From Orbicella franksi (Eukaryota): a stretch of 64,000 bases of DNA. Location of the stretch: contig OZ116699.1 in the NCBI GenBank assembly GCA_964199315.1, forward strand, positions 24,986,001 through 25,050,000, read 5' to 3'. The notes below the pieces were generated by a model. The model saw nothing but the letters and a program-made list of their open reading frames with translations. It ran no database searches and was not told the DNA's origin. The position numbers and the translations under genes were made by a program. Positions 1 to 10,200 of this stretch are shown here, one piece after another (within the stretch, counting starts at the first letter, position 1; the number at the start of each line of letters is the position of its first letter).

Positions 1-248
1 ATGTCTGTATTTTGGTAAAAGAAAACCATTGCTTGAAACAGGCTTAGTGGAAATCAAATTCATTCATCGTGTTATACATGCACGCATTGAGCTTAACCTC
101 GGCTTATTAAACTCAAAACTACTAATACGTTTAAATGTCAGCAAGAAATCTTTTCCCTGCTTTTCAACAACCCAAAGTGGTTAGTCTAGCCCAGCTGTAG
201 TCAGAAATACATCCTCCACAGGCCGTGGAAAGCATCGAAAGCACTGTA

Positions 249-513
249 AGCCCCGGCCAAACGATGGCAACATTTCAAGGGTCTTTCAATGCAATTTAAC
301 GCAACATTGTTGGGTGCAACATATTGCGCGCGTTTGTCCACCCTGTTGCGACGTGTTGCAGCATTTATGGTGCTGACCATTTTCAAACTTGAGCCAACAA
401 CACACAACATGTCCAACACGCCGCAACAGGGTGGACAATCGCGCGAAACATGTTGCGCCCAACAATGTTGCAAAAAAGTGCGTTGAAATGTTGCGATCGT
501 TTGGCCGGGACTA
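249..513. mobile_element. Palindromic non-autonomous DNA transposon (MITE)
   Basis: Long imperfect inverted arms: ccccggccaaacgatggcaacatttcaa at the left end, ttgaaatgttgcgatcgtttggccggga at the right end. Explains spurious ORFs 201..617 and 289..486. Confidence 0.8.
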
Positions 514-1043
514 AACTCAAGGGTAAACGGAATCGGCGTAAAATTGTTTGCAACGGAAAAAAGGTTTAAATCTAGACCAACTTCTGGTCCTGTTTTTCTT
601 TGTAAACTTCCATGCACATGTTTGGTCGAAAAGATATTCGTCTAATTGATATCTCAGCGAGTGAAAGCCGAAACTGTTAAGTCTGTTTATTACATTTGTT
701 ATCGTTAGTGTTCTGAGTTCTCTCGTTCCCGCGTAGAACTGTGAAAATCTTAGTTCGCTTTCGACCACGGCAAATCGTGTGATTTGGTTTATTGTGAATT
801 TGATTTTCACCTTCTGACCTTTCCACACCAAAACCCGACATAAGGTCAACGTTGGGGAAATGTTCGTAACTCTCTTCGTCCATAACGGGAACGGTGACGT
901 AACCACTTTTCTATGTGTCAATCAGGACAATGGATTTAGGCTTAGCAACGCTATTGACCAAATCTCAATACAAAAATGGCATTAAACAACATGGCTTTCC
1001 CGTGGTATTTTAGCTTGGCTCAGTAGTCCGACATTTTACTCAC

Positions 1044-1500
1044 GTGGTATGGTGACATCGACTTTGTCCCGTCTCCTGAGAGAAGTGCCGGGTGGGGGAG
1101 AATAGACCTTTTTTTTGTTGATAAAGAGTTGTTTCCCGGAATCGAAGTCTCTTGCAACCCAGTTATGTGATGTGAAGGTATCTATGCTCCGCCCTTCTCC
1201 TTCTTTCAAGATTTGGAAAAATGATTCCTTTCCGCCGTTGACATAGTAAAGCTGATTTCAAAGAAATTAGAATGCATGTTATATAAGTGTGACGTTATTG
1301 CTAGTACCAACACTGACTGATAGAAGATTGATAATAAATACAGTTATTACAGTAAAGTGGGTTGACATCTGTGATCACTGATCAATCTTCTTCTATTGTG
1401 AACGATTACAGAAACATCCACGTACTTAAAGGTTCTTCTCGATTGTAAATTTTTGACTTTTACATGTAATGGATTTTCCAACATTGCGTTTGTTTTAAAT
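1044..1500 (-). CDS. Two exons encoding a VHL beta-domain-like module (partial; gene continues beyond or towards the left edge)
   Basis: Exon 1044-1251 (acceptor tttgaaatcag, donor gtgagt) reads LYYVNGGKESFFQILKEGEGRSIDTFTSHNWVARDFDSGKQLFINKKKVYSPPPGTSLRRRDKVDVTIP. By eye it aligns to VHL [53 protein letters not shown]...ANITLP. Upstream exon 1410-1500 (acceptor ctttacag, donor gtaatc) reads FKTNAMLENPLHVKVKNLQSRRTFKYVDVS and joins in phase 0. Not in the ORF track. Confidence 0.7.
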
Positions 1501-1528
1501 CTGTAAAGTGGCTATTGCATCAGTACAC

Positions 1529-1738
1529 NNNNNNNNNNNNNNNNNNNNNNNNNNNNNNNNNNNNNNNNNNNNNNNNNNNNNNNNNNNNNNNNNNNNNNNN
1601 NNNNNNNNNNNNNNNNNNNNNNNNNNNNNNNNNNNNNNNNNNNNNNNNNNNNNNNNNNNNNNNNNNNNNNNNNNNNNNNNNNNNNNNNNNNNNNNNNNNN
1701 NNNNNNNNNNNNNNNNNNNNNNNNNNNNNNNNNNNNNN
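1529..1738. other. Assembly gap (N run)
   Basis: Run of N. Confidence 1.
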
Positions 1739-1815
1739 CGATCGATCGATTGATTGATTGACTGACTGACCGACTGACTGACTGATTGACTGGTTGATTG
1801 ATTGATTGATTGATT
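1739..1815. repeat. Compound tetranucleotide microsatellite (GATC/GATT/GACT)n
   Basis: Directly visible; abuts the gap. Confidence 0.95.
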
Positions 1816-2121
1816 ACAAGCACTCACATACAACTTACCCGCTTGATCATTAAATACAATAAAACTGGATACAAAATGAAAGATTGATAAAACAATCAAC
1901 AAGGAACATAATTCAACAAAACAAGACGTAAGCAACATTTAATAATGTCAAGGAAAGTAAACATTCACCTTTATCGCCCGATTTGCTTTGTTAGAGATTG
2001 TAATGTAAGAGCTTTCCGTACGAGCAGCTGCAGCGTGACTCGATCCTCCGTCAACTATAAAAGAGTGTAGTAATATGCGTAGATATCAACAGTATGTGTT
2101 CATGTACCCATCAAGAATATT

Positions 2122-2202
2122 CAGAAACTCTTTGGGCTCGTCACGCAGTCCTTCTTCGAAGATTGCGTGATGAACCCAAATAGCATCTGCGAAGGAGGCT
2201 GG
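2122..2202. mobile_element. Short hairpin MITE-like repeat
   Basis: Arms cagaaactctttgggctcgtcacgcagtccttc and gaagattgcgtgatgaacccaaatagcatctgcg are imperfect inverted repeats. Confidence 0.6.
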
Positions 2203-2344
2203 TCACCAACCGAAAGGAACATCAGTTCCATAAATAGATTTAACAGAATTCTGCCAAATAATATGCTTCTGCTCTAATATGCTTTGGGGTAATATGTTTG
2301 TGAATGGACACCAACAAGAAACATTTTTGTTGACACGGTCATAA

Positions 2345-2715
2345 ATTATATATTATATGGCTTGCTCCGTGAGCTGGCAAGATGACCGAATCCTGCGCCG
2401 TGATTGGCTACCCGAGCGGGCAAGGTGGCGCTATCTTGCCCGTTCGGAATTACCCGCTGTCTTCCACAAGAAAACAGTGTTCTTTTTCCATTAGGAGCCA
2501 TAATCGTTCCCCGATTATGGCTCCTGTTTTCCATATAATAAGTCCTTTATTGACCAAGCTAATGTTCGGTCAAGATGGCTGGATATTGGCCTCTTCTTTT
2601 TTTTCGCGAGTTCATGGACCTCGAATCTATCTCGGTCCATAAACACGCAAAAAAAGAACGAGGCCAATATCCAGCCGTCTTGGCCTTACACTTGGTCAAT
2701 AACCCATATATTGCT
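2345..2715. repeat. Dispersed repeat (probable non-autonomous TE); related partial copy at about 42604-42720
   Basis: tattatatggcttgctccgtgagctggcaagatgaccgaatcctgcgccgtgattggctac is matched by tattatatggctagctcggtgaacaggcaagatgaaccagatcctgtggtgtgattggctac in a SIRT1 intron. Confidence 0.7.
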
Positions 2716-2949
2716 CATGGTTGATAATGATGACGGCTTCGGGAGGATTCTAAACTTAAACCGTGAAAAGGGGTGTCATTGATTCTGCCTGCTGGTTTTC
2801 GTTTTAAGGAGGCAAGCAATAATTGTTTCAACTGGAGAGAATTGCAACTTGAAGTCAACCCAATGGCAACGACTCTCCGTTGGCTGATCATTAAAGCGAA
2901 TCACAGTAACATACGGTAGTGATTGACTGTGGGCAAAGCATACTTGTCC

Positions 2950-3078
2950 TTTAATTTGAAGCTGACTTCCACTCATTTTGTCGGAACGTCAGTCACCGTC
3001 TACAGTTCTTTTCAGGACTACCTTCGCCCGGACGATCACGCAAGACGAATTACTGATACTCCTGAGTTCAAACCATCA
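2950..3078 (+). mobile_element. Degenerate Penelope-like terminal-repeat fragment (inverted relative to the 50707-50910 copy)
   Basis: Its reverse complement aligns with 50707-50830 (ggtttgaac.caggagtatcagta.ttcg...tgaaaagaactgt...ggtgactgacgtt.cgacaa...gag.ggaagtca.cttca). PLE assignment is from recognition of the motif. Confidence 0.6.
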
Positions 3079-3498
3079 CTTCATTACAAATTGATCTGAG
3101 CCCGCCGTGCATGCAGGATGTAAATAGGCCTTATAGTTTACGAGTACAGCTGTAGTATCTTATTTTGCTGTTTTTATCCAACTTGATACACTTAGTTAGT
3201 AGTCGAAGTGGCGGGTGTCGATACCTCAAGTTTTACGGGTAATTTCTGAATACACCCAGGTAATATCCGAGAATTATCTTGCCCATTGAACATTACTTGA
3301 TTTTGTTTTAATCCAAACTGCAAGCATTTTTGTATTGCCAGTTCTTTTGTCGTACAAAAATTCTCAAAGTATTAAATACTGCTATAATTTACAAAGGTCT
3401 AGAATCGTCGGTTTTACACCGTCTCGCCGGATCATTTGTATGGTAATCATGTCTGGTATGAATTTTGTTTTTAGACAAATAATGAGACGTAAGGCCAA

Positions 3499-3606
3499 GT
3501 TCAGACGCCGTGCTTCACATGAGCCGAATCGAATGCAAATGAGAAAAATCCTTTGTTCTCCCTCATTAGCATTCGATTCGGCTCATGTGAAGTACGGCGT
3601 CTGAAC
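3499..3606. mobile_element. Hairpin MITE (about 108 bp)
   Basis: gttcagacgccgtgcttcacatgagccgaatcgaatgc.aatgag is inverted against ctcattagcattcgattcggctcatgtgaagtacggcgtctgaac. Confidence 0.85.
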
Positions 3607-4241
3607 CGGGCATAATCCACCTGGGTAAATAACATGCATGCCGCGAGGGAAAACTGCACGACGAACCGACTTTAGATCAGAAGATCGGATTTTGCCTCAA
3701 TTGATTAATCGCTTTAGACCTGAGTTTATAAAAGACCGTAACTAAAGATAGTCATCCGCCATTTGTCGGTCTCAGACGGCTTATCCGCTTGAGACAGATG
3801 GATTATTTTTAAACTCTAGTGTAAATAATTATGTTGGACCAAATTTGCGCAAAATGACCAAAACAGAAACAACAAATAAATTCTTCTCCGTGAAAAATTA
3901 TCTTTCGATACGATGTCACTTCCGCTAAATAGGCCATGCCTTGGTAACAATTTCAAGAGGACGTAAGCCCGATTTTATTTTCACCGAAACATTAATTGCT
4001 TTAGAGGTGAATGTGTTAGAAGGAGAAGCATACTTCCATCATTCCTCATCATCGCAATAAAAGCTGGGGCGAAAAGGATTAATCGTGTTCTGCTATCGGA
4101 TTTGCCAGGAAGAATATTACAGGCCAACCTTTTTTAATAATCATTCAGGGCACCTGATTTTAGCTTTATTTTTCTTGTTAAATAAGAATTTATTTAGTTA
4201 TTTTATTGCTCAGACTTCTAAACCAGAAAGGTTTAACAAAC

Positions 4242-7200
4242 CTTTCAGTCCGGTAGGGAAATTCTCCATTTTAAGTTCATCATACTGCAGGTTATGCTGG
4301 TCTTTGCGTTCCAGGACGGATTTTCTATACAAGAGATGTGGTCTACCAGGTCTCGTCCAACCGCGATGAAGTACAAGGCTTGAGTTTAACACGGGCTCGA
4401 TGTAAATCGTGTCATTTCCTAAATCTATGATTCCAACCTTAGAACAAAAAGAAAACAATTTCATTCTAGGATAAAAAAACTTCTTGTATGTATTTCGGCA
4501 CTGTCAATCTGCGATACGGAGCGTGACTTGAACGGCGGAAGCGGGTGGGAGGGGGAGGGGGGGGGGGCAGGGTGCGCTACAGCGGAAGATCTTAGCAGAG
4601 TGATTCGTACTTTAGAAAGTCGGCGATGGAAATGTAGATAGGTTAACTTTTAGCTAAATCACGTTATAAAAGACTTGACATAGCTGTTGATCGGAACCAG
4701 ACATAGCGGGAAAAAAATTTCTGACATCCAAGATAGATTGATTCACTTGACTTGTACAATACTAATGAGCCTGCGGTACTAGCTTCCAGAGGAGTTATGA
4801 TGTAACGCGCACGCGTAAAACAGAGTAAGCAACACTTACCAGTCCATCACAGTCACTTATGGCCACGCTGGTATGAAACGATTCTGTCTCGCCCACAAGG
4901 TAACAGTGAACGTCTGTGGAGACAGTTCTCTCAATTGTTCCATCCTCTTTATACCGCTCGATTGTAAAGTCCGATCCGAAAAGCTTCGTGTTTACTCTTA
5001 GTATCATTTTGATGGTCTTTCCTTTGAATTGGACCTGTTAAAAATAGAAAAGAGATTTACACAGAATGTTAAATAGAACGCTTTCCAGTTTCACTAGCGC
5101 TGTAAAAGAACATCAGAAAGAGTGATCTCGACGTAAATAACGCTACGGATAGCATTCCATTTCTAGTTCCTTCTGCTCCAGTATTTCTGCTACTCACATT
5201 TGGTGGTCGAACTAGAGTTCGTGCAAACTTATATATATATTGTTTTTCAATTGAATCTGAACATTACATGATTGCTCTCCTTCAATGTTGACCCTTCAGA
5301 GAGGCATTTTTGTGATACTTGCTGAAGGCAAACTGCACAGGAACAAGTTTTCCTTCACAAGTTTTAAAAAAGACACGTTATATTTACTCGTACGTACCGC
5401 TTGTACTGACGACGAAAGTAGGACACGTCATAAGTCACAAAACTTAGGAGGAGCTACAAGTTTTTCAGAATCTTCGTTTTGTGATATTCCGCTGCATATA
5501 GAGTATTTCAGCATCAACGAGACTTATTAATGGAATTTTTTAAATTTACGCAAAGAAGCAACAGTAACCCAAACCTTAGTGAAGATAACTTGCTGCTCGT
5601 TCCCAGAGAAAATATATTCTTTAACAAGGGAATCTGCAAGGGGGTTCTTGTTATTTCGGGTATCAGTTAAATTTTCGGCGAGTTCTCAGCAGTCAGTGAA
5701 TTTTGCTGATCTCAGATTTGAACTATCAATTGAAAATTTCATTCATGTCATTTCTCAGCTGAAAGTTACAATAATTATGACCAGTTCTCAGCTAGCGGTT
5801 AATAAGTCCATCCAGACTCCCTAAAACATTGTAATACCTCATAGATTATTGGCCCAGCCTCCTCAGTTACGCTCCGCCGACGACGCCGATGACTGGAAAG
5901 GGTAGTCACGTGGTCGGTCACCTGACCACGGTGATCTAACTCAGTCGGGTAAGTAATATCAAACTCCCCTAGAGAGTTGATCAGATGTTCTGTGAAATAA
6001 ATCAAAACATTATTGGGAAAGACCTCAAAGGTGCAGACTTATTCCAAATTAGTGTAGCACCAAGGACCCGGTTGTTTGTAAGCCGATTAATTTTACCTTG
6101 GGATCAAATACAATTTAGATTAGACTTAAAATACAGATATCTTCAAAAAATGTAGAACCGTCAGGAAGATGCCGAAATCAGTGTTGTTAGAAATTGAATT
6201 CAAGCGAATATGATTCTGGAATGGACTTTGAAATGTATGGTACTCGATCGTTGATCACTTCAACGTATTAAGAACTTTTTTTTTCACACAATTCAACTGA
6301 GTCTGATACGTGCCTGAGAGGGAGGATTTCCCTGGGACACGGGGTTAGTGGTAATGAAAAAGGGCCCTCATCCCCAGTCGATCGAGTAAGCATATTTGCC
6401 TCTGATTCGTCTCTCGTCTTCTCTCATCAAATCCTTGTAAGACGCGGGGTGAGATGGGAAGAATCCCCTCGTCAAAATAATTCAGTTGGATCTTCGATTA
6501 TTCCAACTCCTCAACCCCACTCCTCTTGTATTTGCCCATGTTTTGATAGTCATGTACTTCGAACTCGTTTCTTTAGAGCTCCTCGCTATTTCGAACTGTT
6601 TTATTCTAAATTCCATCGCGATTAACATCATCATGACATCAGACCAAGTGAGAATTATCACTGCTGGAACTTTACAATTTGGCTTTTTGGAACCTCATAA
6701 TTAACCTCGTCCTTGGGTGTTATATTCCGGCCCTTCCATTATGTTGATAACGTATAACACTAAAAGTAATTGTTATTTCCGCTATTTCGAAGCATTTTCC
6801 TTGCCCCCTTAGAGTTTGAAATTGTGGGGTTCAAATGAAGCGACATTGTGGAAGGTCGTCTGTGTACACAGGCTACCCAGTTGAAGGTTTTTATCATTTT
6901 TCGCAACATATTATTAAAGTGTATCTCACGTGTGAATAGTTCTTTAATGGTGATATCAAAGAAGGATAGTCCAAGAAGGCGGGGGTGCGCAGGTGGGGAG
7001 GGAGCGTGGGTGGGAAGGGTGCGCGGGTGGCGAGGGTGCGTGGGTGGCGAGGGAGCGTAGGTGGGGAAGGTGCGTGGGTGGGGAAGGTAGGTAGGTGGGG
7101 AGAGAGTGTGGGTTAGGAAGGCGAGGAAAGGCGTGTACTCGTGTTGACAATGATCACGTAATCTAAAACACCAGAAGACGTGAAATTTGCGTTCGAGTTT

Positions 7201-10200
7201 GCACGATGAGCTAGAATACTTAACTACATCAAGAAGGGAGGTAATAAATACTTAACACTAGGTAATAACTGGATTTACTAATAATCAAACACGTACAATG
7301 ATCCGGATTTTTCAGGAACATTGGAAGTACTTATTCTTGCTCTGGATTCCTCAGGACATATTTTGCAAGTGGCGAAAATTAAATTAGCTTTGACCCGGAA
7401 ATGGTGTACTTAAATAGTAATCAACTGAATTGGTCGTCTGGGTTCATGGCCCGCTCCATTAATATATAACAGCTGAACGTAAACGATGAGTGACAACTTC
7501 CTGAGACACGCGAATATCTCTGTAATCGGAGAAATACAGATTTCCTCTACGATAATAATTAGCATGGGGTCCTTTAAAGGGTCAAATTTGTTCTCAATCC
7601 CAGGTACCGGAGAATTTTATGAACGAGGAAAATTAAACGTTGCTTCTGTCAAATACACTTTGTACACTGAAGTGAGAGTACTAGATTTCTGATACCTTCT
7701 GTTGTGTTAAACTGATTTAAGGAAGAGAGCACAAGGCACAAAATCAGTGGCAAGTTTTTCCGTTCTCCGTGATTTTTCTGGAATCTGCAGCGTCATTGCA
7801 AGCGTAAGCACACTGAAAAATGTTAATGTGAGCGGGGATGACCCACTCAAGCATAGCCAAATTATCATTGAGAATTCACGTAAATTTTAGTGGTCTTTAG
7901 TTCTGCTATCACCTTGATCGGCGGCGATGCAAATGAATCTGGATGCAGATCTTAACATCTAGCAGGACAGACAATGAGTTTTTCGTACTTAACAGTAAAT
8001 CTTTGTCCTATCTCAGAGCTAAAAATCAAACAAAGCCTCGCTCGATTTGGTGATATCGCAGCCATTGGATTAAACTCAGGAGTCGTACAACTATCTACAT
8101 GCAATTTCTGCATACAAAATTAAGATAAAAAGCATATTACATATTTTTTTCTTTGTTTAGATAGCACTGTATGTTAATGTAAAGCCAAATATGTAGCAAA
8201 GTAATGATAGTTAACGTCAAGCATGATACGATATCATAAATAAGTAATTCGAACTCGGTTATTTTCGGAAATCCCTGTTATTTCGAACTCTGAACTATTT
8301 CCCTTGGATTTTCCTTCAGTCATTTAGGGTATGGACCACCCTAATTAACTTAGTGTTAGCTTGGTGATATCCTCTGTAAATATTGTTTTTATTATTATTG
8401 TTTATCTAGTAAGTTGTGCTAATATAGTGGAACCCCTCCATACGGACCGCCCCGTTAAAACGACCACCCCTTTATTACGACCACTTTCTTTATGGCCCGA
8501 GCAAAAGCCCACACATTCTCCTATCTGAAAACCCCGTTAATCCGACCATCCCGTTATTACGACCACTTTCTTTATGGCCCGAGCAAAAGCCCACACATTC
8601 TCCTATCTGAAAACCCCGTTAATCCGACCATCCCGTTATTACGACCAACGACCACCTTTTGGAGTGCGCAGTCTTTATTTTCTTTATAAAAGTATCCCGT
8701 TAGTACGACCGGTTAAATTGACTGGTGAGGAAGCTGAATGACGACAGACACAATCTGGCAAATAACGGCTCTAACGGACACTTCACAAGAGGCCATATCC
8801 TGTTGAGAAACTGAAAGACGTCATTGTTTTTTCGCATTACATGTACTAGGTTTTGTCCAGTTGCAATGAATTGCTGTTGTAAGGTTAAAGAATAATTGTA
8901 AAAAGGTTGATTTATAGCGGAATTAAAGGTATTCATGTGCGTGTTGCACCATAATGCCGTGACCCTACCTCGTTAACACGACCACCCCGTAATACGACAA
9001 ATTTTTCATAGCCCGAAGGTGGTCACATTAACGGGGTTCCACTGTACTGTTAAATTGTGAACTGTGTTTACTTAGTTCTGTAAGTAGAGTAAGTATCACA
9101 AGCAATGTGTTTTTAGAAGCTATTCCATTATTGCAAGTAATGTTGCTAATGAAGGTAATATTTGTATTGCAAGCAACGTTACTGTTGCATTTAAACAAAA
9201 AATCTTTGAACTGATATCCCAAACCAGACTAGTATCGACTACTGTTTGTTAATACCTTGAGCTTGTGCCAAGATATGATTGTGCCTATGACAGCGCTCTA
9301 ATCTTTGGTTCTACCTATTCGTCTATCAATTTATCTTTCGATCTGTTTATTTATTTATTCATTTATTTCTTTGTTTATTTATTTATTTATTTATTTATCT
9401 ACTTATTTCCTCGCATCATTAACAGTACATGCAAGAACAAGCCTAATGTAAAAGCGAAGGGTAAATAGGTTATCTATCTCTGAGGCGGGTCTTATCTTGC
9501 TACTTTGATAATAATGACAGTGAGGATTATAAACCTGACTTGTATAACTCCACGATCAACTTATGCCTTTTATATGGCGATCTAACCCTGCACGGCACAG
9601 TGAACACTTAGAAAGCAAAGTCAAAGCGGCGACCTGACCAAGAACAAAAGACTAACAGCTGTCGCCCACAGTCGCTGTCCACAGTCAGAAAAAAGGTTAT
9701 AGTTTTTACAGTCCAGCCAGAGAAAGACAAATTTATCTATATCATCTATCAAATCAATCTATAGCTTTCCATCTAACCTCAACCTGACAGCTTGCCACCA
9801 AACTCCGATAAATTACACATGTAAAGTTGATTTCTAATGGTTTCTAAACGACTGAACCACGAAAATACACGCACACCCGAGCTAACGCCAAGCCCGGGAA
9901 AACGAGCCCGAATATTGAGTCGATGGTGCGAGCTTTTACATGTAAACTGAATCACAGTGCACAGTCAAGCAAAACTCATATGCAAAACCAAAGGAATCAG
10001 TGAACTAATACAATGAATCAATCAGAACTCGCAGCGACGTAGCTAGGGGGTCCTGCGATTCCCGTGACCCCCCCCCCCTTATGTAGTTTTTTTTTTTTAA
10101 GCAAACAACTGAAAACGCGGGAAAACGCGCAGAGCCACGACTGATTGAAAAAAAAGCATGTTAGCTCTGATTGGCCAAGGGAAGTTGAGGAATTTTTAAA

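Noticed and set aside
517-921. 134-aa minus-strand ORF as the next exon of the ADAMTS/VHL gene
   Set aside because: The nearest acceptor read in the required phase 1 hits a stop after about 21 codons, and no metalloprotease motif is present in any frame.
1495-1938. ORFs containing long X runs (also 62388..62705)
   Set aside because: Artefacts of N gaps and the adjacent microsatellite.
2953-2993. Second hammerhead-like motif
   Set aside because: Catalytic core mutated (TTGAAGC and GGAAC instead of CTGANGA and GAAAC); kept only as a repeat fragment.
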